Positions 1 to 10,244 of a stretch of DNA of 64,000 bases are shown here, piece by piece. The stretch is from assembly GCA_964519305.1 (NCBI GenBank), contig CAZFHY010000004.1, forward strand, positions 64,001-128,000. Direction: 5' to 3'. Position numbers and translations under genes: made by a program. The notes under the pieces are model-generated. The model did not search any database. It worked only from the letters and a program-made list of their open reading frames with translations, and was not told the origin of the DNA. Within the stretch, counting starts at the first letter, position 1, and every line of letters begins with the position of its first letter. Origin of the DNA: Candidatus Undinarchaeota archaeon. Its GTDB lineage: Archaea; SpSt-1190; JASMDC01.

Positions 1-1
1 G

Positions 2-403
2 GGCACCCTCGACTTCGTCGAAGCCAAGCGGTTCGAGAGCCGGGCACCAAAAGAAGTGAGTATCAACGTCAACTTTCAGGAAATTACGCAGGAAGGCTCG
101 TCCAACACTTATACGATCCATTTCGGATTCGATGTGCAGTACTCCCCGAGCATCGGATATATCCGGATGAAGGGGACCATGCTGTTCGAAGGCAAAGAAG
201 CGGATACCGAGCATTTCGAGAGCACCAAGCGTTTGCCTGATGCGAGTGTTCAGACCGTCGCGAACTCCATTCTCCAGAACTGCACTGTCCAGACCGTAAT
301 GCTTTCGAGCATGCTCAAGCTCCCTCCACCCATCAATCTCCCGTCAGTCAACATCAAGCGGCCCGGGAAAAAGCCCGAGGCAGATGTGACCTACATTGGC
401 TGA
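2..403 (+). CDS. conserved archaeal hypothetical protein (5'-partial)
   Basis: Frame is open from the window start (GTLDFVEAKRF...). It ends in an LPPPINLP-type motif and its stop overlaps the lhr start. Confidence 0.7.
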   Translation, partial: GTLDFVEAKRFESRAPKEVSINVNFQEITQEGSSNTYTIHFGFDVQYSPSIGYIRMKGTMLFEGKEADTEHFESTKRLPDASVQTVANSILQNCTVQTVMLSSMLKLPPPINLPSVNIKRPGKKPEADVTYIG

Positions 404-3209
404 GGCCTCGCCCAACCCCTTCTCCCTGCTCGCGGACCCGGTCCGCCATCTGCTAGACTGTAAGGGGATCGCCGCGCCAACGCCTGCACAAGCTGAGGCT
501 ATCCCCAGGATCTTCTCCGGGACCAACGTGCTCCTCATCTCGCCCACCGGATCAGGAAAGACAGAAGCAGCCGTCCTTCCCGCGTTCCACAGGATGCTCC
601 AATGGCGGAATGAAGGTCACACAGGTAACCTCGTGCTGTACATCACACCCCTCCGCGCCCTCAACAGGGACATCATGGAGAGGATGAAGTGGTGGGGTGA
701 AGAGCTGGGATTCAGCGTGGAGGTCCGTCATGGGGACACGACGCCCGCGGCACGCCGGCGCCAGGCGCTAAAGCCCCCCGATATGCTCATCACTACACCG
801 GAGACGGTCCAGGCCATGCTCCTGGGAAAGCGGCTGCGCACCCACCTTGCGAACCTGCGCATGGTCATCGTTGACGAGGTCCATGAGCTTGCAGTTGACA
901 AGCGCGGCAGTCAGCTCTCCGTGGCACTCGAGCGATTGTGCAGGCTCGCCGGCAGCCCTATCCAACGTGTAGGGCTTTCGGCCACGGTAGGGACACCGGA
1001 AGAGGTGGCCGCGTTCCTAAGGGGTTCGGGGAGCCCTGTCGAGGTCGTGCATGCCGAGACCGAGAAGCGGCTCGAGATCGAGGTCGCCATGCCCACGGTA
1101 ATCGAAGGGGACGAGGAGCTTGCGGAACACCTTATGGTCGCTCCCCAGCTGGCATCAGCAGTGCGTACGATCGAGGGGAACGTCCGACAAGAGCGCTCGG
1201 TGCTAACGTTCGTGAACACACGCCAGCAAGCCGAGGTGCTATCTTCCCGGTTCGCTATCTGGGACGAGTCATCGGGTACAGATGTCCATCACTCATCCCT
1301 GTCCAAGGCCGCCCGTATCGAAGCGGAACGTGCGTTCAAGGCGGGTGAAATCACGAACCTCGTTTGCACGAGCTCAATGGAGCTTGGCATCGATGTCGGT
1401 TCAGTGGACCGGGTCATCCAATACACTTCACCACGCCAGGCCACCAGGCTTGTGCAGCGCGTGGGCCGTGCTGGCCATAGGGCGGATGTTGTCTCCCGGG
1501 GGCTAGTGCTCGCCATGGACGCGGACGACTGCATTGAGGCCGCGGTGGTCGCGCGTAGGACCATGGCCGGTGAACTCGAACCTATCCAGGTCTTCCGGAT
1601 TCCCCTGGACGTTGTTGCGAATCAAGTAGTCGGGCTTGCCAAGGAGGATAGGACCGTGGACGCCCGGGACGCATTGCGCACGATCTCATCGGCCGCGCCC
1701 TTCAATGACCTCTCCCGCGACGACTTCATCGAGCTCGTTGACCTGCTCTGTGACCTGGGCATCCTATGGCGGGATGGTGAGACCATCGGTGCACGACGCA
1801 AGGGGTCCACCTACTTCTATAACAATCTCTCAATGATCCCTGACCAGCGCAGCTACTCGGTGGTCACTGTGGATGGACAAGAGCGCATCGGGGTACTCGA
1901 CGAGCGCTTCGTGGTCCAGAACGTGGAACCCGGTTCGGTGTTCATATGCAAGGGTCGACCATGGCGGATAGTCGGGATGGATGAGGAAGCGCTCTTCGTC
2001 GAACGCGTGGGACGCTCTGTTGGGACCATCCCCCGATGGGAGGGTGAGCTCATCCCGGTGGAATGGGATGTCGCCCGGGAGGTCGGGACGCTGCGCGGCA
2101 GGCTGGCAGCAGCTCATGATAAGGATGCGCTGAGCATCCTCACAAGCGAGTATCCTCTTGACAATGCGGGTGCAAAGGCCGTGCTCAAATCGGTCCGGGA
2201 TACTCCGTTCAAAGCGGACCAGAAGTCCATCGTTATCGAGCGAGTAGGTTCAGCTGTTGTGGTCCATGCCTGCTTCGGTTCGCGAGTGAACACCACCCTC
2301 GGTCTCCTGCTATCCTCCTACATAACCCTGCACCATGGCAGCGCCGTGACCATGCGCTCGGACCCGTACCGCATCCTGCTGGAGTTCCCCGGGGCCCCCG
2401 ACACTGAACTTGTGGAGCGATTGATACTCAACCTCGGAACAGAGCATCTCATGAGTGACCTTACACGTATCGTGGAGGACAGCGCTCTCTATCGCTGGCG
2501 CTTCCTGCACGTTGCCCGACGCTTCGGCGCCATCAAGAAGGACGCCGACCATGCCCATATTAGCTTCAAACGCATAATAGATGCCTATTCTGGCACGCTC
2601 CTCGCCCGTGAGACACGCAACGAGGTGTTCACCGAGAAGCTCGACATCCCGCATACCAATGAGGTGGTCGGAATGATCGCCGAGGGAACCCTATCAGTCG
2701 GTCATGCTAGCGGTTGTTCACCCCTTGCACGGTCGATCATCGAGCACCCCAAGAGGACGGTGGTATCCCCCGAACGCCCTGATGCCGAGATCATGCGTAT
2801 CTTCCGCGAACGCCTTCTCTCCACTCGCATCTATCTATTCTGTATGCATTGCAACGCGTGGGAGACTTCGCTCATGGTGAAGACCGTACCAGAAGACCTG
2901 GAATGCGGGAACTGCGGTGCTCGTCTGCTCGCCACCGTAGGACCTGACGATAGTGCACTCCTCAAGCGGGACGCCCGCGGTGAGAAACTGGGTGCTAAAG
3001 ATGGACGCCGCGTGCGGTCCCTCAGGCTATCAGCGGACCTTTTCATCTCATACGGACCACGAGCTTTACTGGTCCTTGCCGGGAAGGGAATCGGTCCACG
3101 CACTGCGGCCCGCGTCCTCGGACGCCCTCATGAAAGCGAGAACGAGCTCCTGCGTGATATCATGGAAGCTGAGAGGACATTCTTCCGCACGAAGCGCTTC
3201 TGGGGATAA
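396..3209 (+). CDS. lhr: Lhr-type ATP-dependent DEAD/DEAH helicase with C-terminal Zn finger
   Basis: SPTGSGKT (motif I), PLRALNRD, RHGDT, TTPET, DEVH, LSAT, SSMELGID and QRVGRAGH; C-terminal CMHC...CGNC. Confidence 0.95.
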   Translation: MAEASPNPFSLLADPVRHLLDCKGIAAPTPAQAEAIPRIFSGTNVLLISPTGSGKTEAAVLPAFHRMLQWRNEGHTGNLVLYITPLRALNRDIMERMKWWGEELGFSVEVRHGDTTPAARRRQALKPPDMLITTPETVQAMLLGKRLRTHLANLRMVIVDEVHELAVDKRGSQLSVALERLCRLAGSPIQRVGLSATVGTPEEVAAFLRGSGSPVEVVHAETEKRLEIEVAMPTVIEGDEELAEHLMVAPQLASAVRTIEGNVRQERSVLTFVNTRQQAEVLSSRFAIWDESSGTDVHHSSLSKAARIEAERAFKAGEITNLVCTSSMELGIDVGSVDRVIQYTSPRQATRLVQRVGRAGHRADVVSRGLVLAMDADDCIEAAVVARRTMAGELEPIQVFRIPLDVVANQVVGLAKEDRTVDARDALRTISSAAPFNDLSRDDFIELVDLLCDLGILWRDGETIGARRKGSTYFYNNLSMIPDQRSYSVVTVDGQERIGVLDERFVVQNVEPGSVFICKGRPWRIVGMDEEALFVERVGRSVGTIPRWEGELIPVEWDVAREVGTLRGRLAAAHDKDALSILTSEYPLDNAGAKAVLKSVRDTPFKADQKSIVIERVGSAVVVHACFGSRVNTTLGLLLSSYITLHHGSAVTMRSDPYRILLEFPGAPDTELVERLILNLGTEHLMSDLTRIVEDSALYRWRFLHVARRFGAIKKDADHAHISFKRIIDAYSGTLLARETRNEVFTEKLDIPHTNEVVGMIAEGTLSVGHASGCSPLARSIIEHPKRTVVSPERPDAEIMRIFRERLLSTRIYLFCMHCNAWETSLMVKTVPEDLECGNCGARLLATVGPDDSALLKRDARGEKLGAKDGRRVRSLRLSADLFISYGPRALLVLAGKGIGPRTAARVLGRPHESENELLRDIMEAERTFFRTKRFWG

Positions 3210-3242
3210 GGTTCTTAAGGGATGGACGGCACTATGTGTCCA

Positions 3243-3419
3243 ATGGGTCTTCTTGAGGATGTGGAGCGGGATATTAAGCGTGCAGAGGAGTTATTGGACC
3301 AGGAGCAGGAAGAGATCGAGAACCTGGAAAAGGAAGAAATGGAGAAGGAGCGCAATCCCGCCAAGGCGATCGTGGATGCCCTTGAGGACGCTCACGAGGA
3401 AAGTGAGGGCAACCCATAA
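3243..3419 (+). CDS. small acidic coiled-coil hypothetical protein
   Basis: E/D-rich helical ORF. ATG 3243 lies 29 nt after the TATA-like CTTAAG at 3214; the ORF track start is 3222. Confidence 0.6.
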   Translation: MGLLEDVERDIKRAEELLDQEQEEIENLEKEEMEKERNPAKAIVDALEDAHEESEGNP

Positions 3420-3589
3420 CGGACTTGTTTTTCAAGATTAGTAAGCGTAAGTTGTGCTTAGTTAAGTTTTCCTTTTATACTTAATGAATATTACGCAGGT
3501 TTTCGCACCCGATTTCTACGCTCCCCAGAAGGTCCCCGCGCCCCCTTCCGGGAAGGTTCTTATACCTTTCCCGTCGAGCCAACCCCAGC

Positions 3590-4126
3590 ATGGTCGTGTA
3601 CGAGCTACGAGAGGATGACCTCGATGTGCTCCGCATGGTCCATGGTAAGTTGTTCGAGGATAACAGCTCATTCGTAGTATGGCTCGATGAGCGTCAAGGT
3701 CCGGTCGTGACCATTGGTGATCGCGTTACCTTCACCCTTCTATCACTTGGCATCGTACCAGACCTAGCGATCATCGATTTACTGGAGCGCCGCCGCCCAA
3801 TTAACGAGGAACATAGACAGGCCTTGGACTATGGATCCAGGGAACTGAAATGTGAGAATCCAGCTGGCGTGGTCACGCAGGCATTGTGGGACGCTGTGTC
3901 CGAGGGTCTTCGTGAACCACCGGCACGGGTAGTCGTATCCGGAGAGGAGGACCTCGCCGCCATCCCCGTCACGATGCTGGCGCCCCTCGGTTCCATTGTC
4001 GTCTACGGAATGCCCGGACGAGGGATGGTCGCCTACGCTATCAATGAAGGGCATAAAGAGGCCGTGAGTTCGCTACTTGCGGACCACGGGGACAGGGACG
4101 ATCATCGTCCGGATAAAGCTGATTGA
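3590..4126 (+). CDS. GTP-dependent dephospho-CoA kinase (DUF359 family)
   Basis: VTIGDRVT, ENPAG, VSGEEDLAAIP and VVYGMPGRGMV motifs. Confidence 0.85.
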   Translation: MVVYELREDDLDVLRMVHGKLFEDNSSFVVWLDERQGPVVTIGDRVTFTLLSLGIVPDLAIIDLLERRRPINEEHRQALDYGSRELKCENPAGVVTQALWDAVSEGLREPPARVVVSGEEDLAAIPVTMLAPLGSIVVYGMPGRGMVAYAINEGHKEAVSSLLADHGDRDDHRPDKAD

Positions 4127-5107
4127 TAAGGCCACGACGATTGGTCCGAGCACAAGCCCCTTGAATCCCCATACCAGAAGACCTCCCAACAGACCTACAA
4201 GCGTAAACACCGGATGCACACCATGGCGACTCATCCGGTCACCCACTATCAGCGAGTAGACCACATTGTCCAACAGGCCGATCGCGATACCTAGAACGAG
4301 GATGAGCGCACCTCGTCCCGGCATACCGAGAGATGCCCAGTATGCCGAAAGGGGTATGTAGAGGATCCACACCCCGATCTGAGGTATGATGAAGATAATG
4401 CCTGCTGCCACCCCCAACAGAGTGGCGTTGGGGATACCTAGTATAAAGAGCCCCGAAGCGGAGGTGAACGCACAGACGATCCCCGTGATGAACCGTCCGA
4501 AGATGGTGGCGTATATCGCTATGTCGGCCACATGGAGGTATTCCTCCACACGCTTCCGTTGCTTCTTTGGTAGGAAATCGAGGACCTTGTCGTGAAGCTC
4601 CGGACCGTCACGGATGAAGTAGAAGAGGAAGACGAGGAACATGAAGAGATGGATGACGCGCTCCGGTAGCGTGGCTACAAGGAGAGCGAACTGGTCGAGA
4701 ACGGGACCGATATAGGGTTCGTCGAACACGGCATTGAGGAGGGTGGTCATCTCCTGGAACTGCTCCCATTCCTGGAAGAGGAGCATTACCAGCGGATGTT
4801 CGCTGGAGAGGATGTCCTGGTTCACAAGGTACCGTACACCCACAACGATCTTGCCCTGCATGAAGCGCAATCCAAGCAGGGCGGGGAGCACGATACCGAG
4901 TATTATCAGGGTTGTCGTGATGAAGGCCATCAAGTCACGGTGGCCCACGTGCCCCTTGATAGAACGCCGCAGTGGAAGCGCTACATAGGCGAGCAGAAGT
5001 GCGAACACTATGTCCCCGATGAAGGGCGAGAATAGGTACAGAGTGAGGATAACGAGCAGGGCACCGGCTACTTTAACACCAGTGTCCCACGCCTTATCAA
5101 GCTCCAC
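4073..5107 (-). CDS. AI-2E (PerM) family transporter
   Basis: Polytopic membrane protein with FYFIRDG, IPQIG, LLDNVVY and HPVFTLVGLLGGL..WGFKGLVLGP. Probable start is the GTG at 5107, overlapping the upstream stop. Confidence 0.9.
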   Translation of the reverse strand: MELDKAWDTGVKVAGALLVILTLYLFSPFIGDIVFALLLAYVALPLRRSIKGHVGHRDLMAFITTTLIILGIVLPALLGLRFMQGKIVVGVRYLVNQDILSSEHPLVMLLFQEWEQFQEMTTLLNAVFDEPYIGPVLDQFALLVATLPERVIHLFMFLVFLFYFIRDGPELHDKVLDFLPKKQRKRVEEYLHVADIAIYATIFGRFITGIVCAFTSASGLFILGIPNATLLGVAAGIIFIIPQIGVWILYIPLSAYWASLGMPGRGALILVLGIAIGLLDNVVYSLIVGDRMSRHGVHPVFTLVGLLGGLLVWGFKGLVLGPIVVALSISFIRTMIVPVPVVRK

Positions 5108-6404
5108 TTTTCCGTCCCAGCACCGAGAGCATATAGGTGAACGCAGAGGACGAAGCGTCGCCAGCACCCACCTCGGACTCAAAGTCCAGACATTCCAGAC
5201 CGGGTACTATGCTCCCTTCCATGCCACCGACGGTGAAAGTGCCATCCTTCTCTTCCGTGCCGTACTGCTCCACTATCTTCTCGGCGGCGGTGATACCCTC
5301 CTCGGAGAAGTTGAGCGTGTCAAAGCGATCGATCATCTCGTCCATTCGAGGATACCGACCGGTCTCTACCCTGAGCACACCGGCCACGGCAGCGAAGTTC
5401 TGCGCCTTGATGATGGTATCCTGGGTGAGGAATTCCTTCTTTTTCACACAGACATGGTGTGTCCTCGTGTGGAGCCAGATGGCCTTCAGGTTCTTGGCAG
5501 CACCGAGTATATCTGCCATTTGGGTCACTTGGTCACCTTTTCGAGGGAAGAGGGCTTCGTGGAGCTGCTCGAGCTCAATCTCGTTCACTGAGAGCACGTC
5601 GAACTTGTCGTAGACCTTCTCGAAGAGGAACTTGCGGTCCATGTTGGATGTCTTGGTTAGCGCTCCCGTGTCGGTGAAGAGGAACTGCGCGTTCCCGCGC
5701 ACCTTGTCAACTAGGTTTGATACCTTGTCAAGGCCGTTCTTGTCAGTCGCAAACACGACATGCCAACCCACGAGGTTTACCGAGTCGATGGTCCCATATG
5801 TCTCGCTGACCTCATCAACTATGTTGGGGATGCTGTCAACGTAGTCGCGAAGGTGTTCCCAGCGTCGCCCCTCCCCGTCACAGAGGATGAAGCGGTCAGT
5901 GCCACCGGCCTGGATGATGAGCGACTTGGGATCGAGCTCGTCAAAAGTTATTGCGAAATCGAAGTCGACGGACTCGAAATATTTCTTCGTGCGATTGGGG
6001 AGCCGCTTGAGAACCTTGGGGAATATGTTCCCCAGGAAGACGACGTTGGCCCCGAGTGCCTTGAGGGCTGAGGACTCCAGAGCACCGTTACCGCCAAGTG
6101 AGTTCTTGATGTTAACTCCCTTGTCACGGAGCGCTCTAATAAGCTCATCCGCCTCTTGTGAGTTGCCGTCAATGACACGCTCATCTCCCTTGCCCTTGGA
6201 AATCCACATATGAGCAAGGTCGAGGTACGGTTTGAGCTTACCCTCATACCTTTCCGAGAACCGTTTGATCTCGTCAAGGCTGGAGAAGTTGATCCACACG
6301 TCCCTCGTGGACTCGCACCCGACGACCATCGTGGGAATGATGCGGGTACTGGTCTCGAGATGCTTGCGGGTAGCGGCGAACTGCTGAACGTAAAAGGCCT
6401 CCAT
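5097..6404 (-). CDS. ADP-dependent glucokinase/phosphofructokinase (ribokinase superfamily)
   Basis: GKGDE, LGGNG, DRFI, SVNEIEL, WLHT and the C-terminal VGAGD anion-hole motif. Confidence 0.8.
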   Translation of the reverse strand: MEAFYVQQFAATRKHLETSTRIIPTMVVGCESTRDVWINFSSLDEIKRFSERYEGKLKPYLDLAHMWISKGKGDERVIDGNSQEADELIRALRDKGVNIKNSLGGNGALESSALKALGANVVFLGNIFPKVLKRLPNRTKKYFESVDFDFAITFDELDPKSLIIQAGGTDRFILCDGEGRRWEHLRDYVDSIPNIVDEVSETYGTIDSVNLVGWHVVFATDKNGLDKVSNLVDKVRGNAQFLFTDTGALTKTSNMDRKFLFEKVYDKFDVLSVNEIELEQLHEALFPRKGDQVTQMADILGAAKNLKAIWLHTRTHHVCVKKKEFLTQDTIIKAQNFAAVAGVLRVETGRYPRMDEMIDRFDTLNFSEEGITAAEKIVEQYGTEEKDGTFTVGGMEGSIVPGLECLDFESEVGAGDASSSAFTYMLSVLGRKSGA

Positions 6405-6502
6405 CGTGTGCGGCTACCGTCCCAAGATTTTTAAATCGTTCGCAGAAGGCGACCACAAGCCCTGACGGCGGGTTTTTATTTCTTTGCCCATCCCCCCCCG
6501 CC

Positions 6503-7144
6503 ATGGGCAAGCCGTTCTTCTGCGTGCTCGAGGGTATCGATGGGTCTGGAAAGGGCACTCAGCTCTGGCTCATGGAACGACGTATGCGCAAGGAGGGTTT
6601 CGAGATTCTCGCGACCCGCGAGCCCACACAGACCCTCACTGGATACTTCCTGAAGATCGTCCTTAAGATGGGTGACATCCACCCTCTTACCGACTGCTTC
6701 CTCTTCGCGGCGGACCGTGCCGAGCACGTGGACAAGCTCATCCTCCCAGCCCTGAAGGAGAACAAGGTGGTCCTGTGCGAGCGCTATCTGTTCTCGTCCA
6801 TCGCCTACCAGACCATGAAGGGTGTGAAGGAGTCGCTTATCCGTAGTATGCACGAGTTCGCGCTCATGCCCGACCTCACCATCCTTATCGACGTATCTCC
6901 TGAGATAACCATGCAGCGGAAGGAACAGGTCCTCCACTACGAAGGCGAGAAGTTCGAGAACGTGGAGTTCCTCACGGGAGTCCGGGAGAAGTACCACGAG
7001 CTCGCGCGCCGCCATCACATGGTCATCGTGGACGGCAATCGTGACGAGATGGTAGTGCACGAGGACATCTGGCGTATCTTCAAGGAGCGCTACGACGCCA
7101 AGTCGGTCCAGACGGATATCGCAAGGTTCGTGGACGAAGAGTAG
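6503..7144 (+). CDS. tmk: thymidylate (dTMP) kinase
   Basis: EGIDGSGKGTQ P-loop, TREP, LFAADRAEH, ERYLFSSIAYQ and PDL. Confidence 0.95.
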   Translation: MGKPFFCVLEGIDGSGKGTQLWLMERRMRKEGFEILATREPTQTLTGYFLKIVLKMGDIHPLTDCFLFAADRAEHVDKLILPALKENKVVLCERYLFSSIAYQTMKGVKESLIRSMHEFALMPDLTILIDVSPEITMQRKEQVLHYEGEKFENVEFLTGVREKYHELARRHHMVIVDGNRDEMVVHEDIWRIFKERYDAKSVQTDIARFVDEE

Positions 7145-7145
7145 C

Positions 7146-7895
7146 ATGGACGAGCTCGCTGCCGCCCTGGCACCCCTTGCAGGCAGGGTGTGCGATGCGC
7201 ATGTCCATCTAGGTCCTTCGGACCCGTGGATACCCGAGCTTGATCCATCCGGTCAACTTGTCGACATGGACGACGCCCTTTCCCCCTTGGGGACGGAACG
7301 GACTCTCGTGTTCCCCAATCCGTCCACACACACCTACCCAGAGCGTAACCGCGAGCTCGCGCGTGCCGCCCGTGAACGCGATGACCTCATCCCGTTCGGC
7401 AGGGTGGACCCCCGCCACCCTGACGCTGTTGCGCATGTGGAGGAGGCAGGACAACTCGGGCTCGTTGGTATCAAGCTCCACCCGGTCGTCGAGTGCTTCC
7501 GTCCAGACCACCCGGAGCTTGCGGACGTCTTCGAGCGTGTCCAAGACCTAGGCCTTGCGCTGGCGTTCCATACGGGAGCGGGATTCGCATCGCCCAAGTA
7601 TTTGACCAAGCTTGCTGGCGGTCCAACTCCGCTCATCCTCTGTCATCTCTCAAGAGCTTGTCTGCCCCTGCTCAAGAAGCGGAACGTGTACGTCGACACA
7701 TCGGGTGCGAGCGTCAGGTTGATCGCAGAAGCCGTGCGGGCATCACCGCGAAGAGTGCTCTATGGCTCGGACCATCCGTACTTGGATGCTCGGATCGAAC
7801 TCGCAAAGGTGCTGGCCGCCGTACCCCGTGGTCGAGCTCGCCGTCTGGTGCTCGCGGGCAACCTCGACAGGCTGTTCCGCTCTAAAGGGAAATAG
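7146..7895 (+). CDS. amidohydrolase-2 family metal-dependent hydrolase
   Basis: DAHVH, GIKLHP, FHTG, ILCH, YVDTS and YGSDHPY. Confidence 0.88.
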   Translation: MDELAAALAPLAGRVCDAHVHLGPSDPWIPELDPSGQLVDMDDALSPLGTERTLVFPNPSTHTYPERNRELARAARERDDLIPFGRVDPRHPDAVAHVEEAGQLGLVGIKLHPVVECFRPDHPELADVFERVQDLGLALAFHTGAGFASPKYLTKLAGGPTPLILCHLSRACLPLLKKRNVYVDTSGASVRLIAEAVRASPRRVLYGSDHPYLDARIELAKVLAAVPRGRARRLVLAGNLDRLFRSKGK

Positions 7896-7952
7896 CCAGC
7901 TTCGGAGACCTCACCCCAATCCCTTTAAACCTTGACGCACACGGCCAGCACC

Positions 7953-10244
7953 GTGAACATCCTCGGGGTGTCCTTCAAAGCCCATGACAGATCGGCATGC
8001 ATCGTCCGCGATGGTCATGTGTTGGCCGCAGTGGAGGAGGAGCGGCTCAATAGGGACAAGCACACCGGCCACTTCCCCAAGAACTCCATCTTCGAGGTAC
8101 TGCGCCTGGCAGGGCTCACTCCCGATGATATCGACCTCGTCGCATATGGGGGTGAGGGGGCACGACCCATCGAACCTCCGCACCGCAGGTCCCGGGCTCA
8201 GCTAGCATCACTGTTCACCACGAACGTTCGTCTTCGCAATCAGGAGGAAGTGGACCGGATCCGGACTTTCTTTGCGGGCGAGCGTTCCAAACCGGTCGAG
8301 GTGGCCGCTGTCGACCATGAGACGGCACACTTGGCTTCAGCGGCCCTGTGCTCGGGATTCGATGGATGCACTGCTTTGGCTGTGGATGGGTATGGGGATG
8401 ATCGCTCGGCCGCCGTTGGCCGATGGGCTGACGGCTCCCTAGAGCTAGTAGCACCCTCCCCCCTACGCTCTTCCGTCGGGCTCGTGTACGGTTTGACTAC
8501 CCTCCTCCTCGGGCTGTCCATATGGCACGATGAGGGCAAGGTCACCGCCATGAGTTCGTTCCCGGGCGAGGTCCCGGATGGGATCGAACAACTATATGAG
8601 GCTCTCATGCCCCTTCCAAAAGAGGCAGAGCTGCAACCAACGGCCGAAGCCCTATTTGGGCTCCTTGATATTTCACCCGTCCCTCCCAGGGACCTGCGCA
8701 CTACACTCCATGGTTCGGAAGTGGTCCGACCCTCCCCCCGGTGGAGGCCGGAGCGCACGACGGAAGGGTATCTGTTACGACCTCCGTCCGGCAATCCATT
8801 GTCTGTAGAACCGCTCAAGGACGAGGAGTTCCGGGCACTATGGTACGTGCTCCGTCGCTCCCCCTCGGCACATGTTGATGAGGTCGTCCAGCTTGCCGCA
8901 CCTCTTGTTGGTATGAAGGACGAGGATGTTTGGGCCTGCCTCCTGCCCAGCGTCGAACTGCACAAGCGCCAAGGTGTGTTCTCGGCTTCCATGAGCGGTG
9001 GCCTGTCGCTCAGGCTCATCGAGCGTGACCACGCTGTGTACTCCCTGTGCGATGGGACGCGGACGACAACGAGCATTGCGGAGATGCTGGATATGGATGA
9101 AGGTGAGGTGCGGGACCTCGTTGAGTTCTCACCGCTCTGTCGCACTCTGTGGACGGGTGGTAACTCGTCCGGCGCCCCCGACACGGCAAGATTTGCGGAA
9201 AGGGCACTCAAAGCATTCCGGTCCTGGTACGACGCACGCGCAGTTGAGAAACCTCCCCTTGGGAAGCACAAAGGAACATTCATCGACGCCCCCGCGTACG
9301 CCGCGGTCCGAAGAGGGCTCTTTGAGAACACGACACGGCCTGCTGTGTCCAAGGCACTCCAGCGTAGGCTGGAGAAGGTGCTAACGTCGCTGGCGTCCCA
9401 AGCGGTCGAGCGCACGGGAGAGGCAAAGGTCGCCACCGCGGGAGGGGTGTTCCTCAATGTGCTGGCCAACATGAACATACGTCGACTGGATTGTGTCGAG
9501 GACCTGTTCATCCAACCTGCCGCAAGCGATGCAGGCACTTGTTTGGGTGCTGCGCTGTATGCTTGGCATCATCTGTGTCGCGAGGAGGGACAAAGACCCA
9601 CATCCCATCGCCTCGAGAGCGCATCCCTCGGCCCATCCTATACCGAGGACGATGTGCTGACGGCCCTCCGAGGGACACAGGGAATCACTTGGGATGCAAC
9701 TGACGATATGGCGGGTACAGCTGCGGACCTTGCTGCGGGAGGTGCTATTGTCGGTTGGTTCGAGGGACGAATGGAGTTCGGCCCTCGCGCCCTCGGCAAC
9801 CGTTCCGTGCTCGCCGATCCCGCTAACGCATCCACCAAGGACCGTATCAACCTCCTCCTCAAGGGCAGGGAATGGTACCAACCGTTCTGTCCCAGCCTCC
9901 CCCTGGCGCGGGCAGAAGAGTATCTGGTGGAAGGGCGGGAGGCGCCGTTCATGATCGAGGCCTATGATGTGCGTGCTGAGAAACGTGGTGAGATCCCGGC
10001 CGTCGTCCATGTCGATGGCACGACCCGGCCTCAGACAGTGCGGCGGGACCTACAGCCCGCCTACCACAGGGTGCTCACCGAGCTTGAGTCCCACACAGGT
10101 ATCCCCGTCGTGCTCAATACGTCCTTCAACATCCATGGTGAACCGATCGTGTGCACACCCCGGGATGCGCTCTCGGTGCTGGTCAGGCGTGGAGTGGACG
10201 TCCTTGTGATGGAGGGCTTCGTTGTCCGACGGACCAAGGACTAG
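7953..10244 (+). CDS. NodU/CmcH-type carbamoyltransferase with a large internal insertion
   Basis: NILGVS..HD, EEERLNRDKH, HETAH, VDGYGD, EGKV, GGVFLNV, EFGPRALGNRS, VHVDGTTRPQ and LNTSFNIHGEPIV. GTG 7953 lies 29 nt after TTTAAA. Confidence 0.92.
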   Translation: MNILGVSFKAHDRSACIVRDGHVLAAVEEERLNRDKHTGHFPKNSIFEVLRLAGLTPDDIDLVAYGGEGARPIEPPHRRSRAQLASLFTTNVRLRNQEEVDRIRTFFAGERSKPVEVAAVDHETAHLASAALCSGFDGCTALAVDGYGDDRSAAVGRWADGSLELVAPSPLRSSVGLVYGLTTLLLGLSIWHDEGKVTAMSSFPGEVPDGIEQLYEALMPLPKEAELQPTAEALFGLLDISPVPPRDLRTTLHGSEVVRPSPRWRPERTTEGYLLRPPSGNPLSVEPLKDEEFRALWYVLRRSPSAHVDEVVQLAAPLVGMKDEDVWACLLPSVELHKRQGVFSASMSGGLSLRLIERDHAVYSLCDGTRTTTSIAEMLDMDEGEVRDLVEFSPLCRTLWTGGNSSGAPDTARFAERALKAFRSWYDARAVEKPPLGKHKGTFIDAPAYAAVRRGLFENTTRPAVSKALQRRLEKVLTSLASQAVERTGEAKVATAGGVFLNVLANMNIRRLDCVEDLFIQPAASDAGTCLGAALYAWHHLCREEGQRPTSHRLESASLGPSYTEDDVLTALRGTQGITWDATDDMAGTAADLAAGGAIVGWFEGRMEFGPRALGNRSVLADPANASTKDRINLLLKGREWYQPFCPSLPLARAEEYLVEGREAPFMIEAYDVRAEKRGEIPAVVHVDGTTRPQTVRRDLQPAYHRVLTELESHTGIPVVLNTSFNIHGEPIVCTPRDALSVLVRRGVDVLVMEGFVVRRTKD

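Noticed and set aside
3420-3560. AT-rich intergenic tract as a possible origin or ncRNA
   Set aside because: No ORB-like repeats, cdc6 gene or stable structure are evident. It is consistent with terminator plus promoter sequence.
8240-9538. Long antisense ORF (432 aa) and similar shadow ORFs (26167-27258, 26391-27515, 45315-46271, 60579-61454)
   Set aside because: They overlap well-supported genes, have Ser/Arg/Ala-rich composition and no motifs. Such shadows are expected in high-GC DNA.
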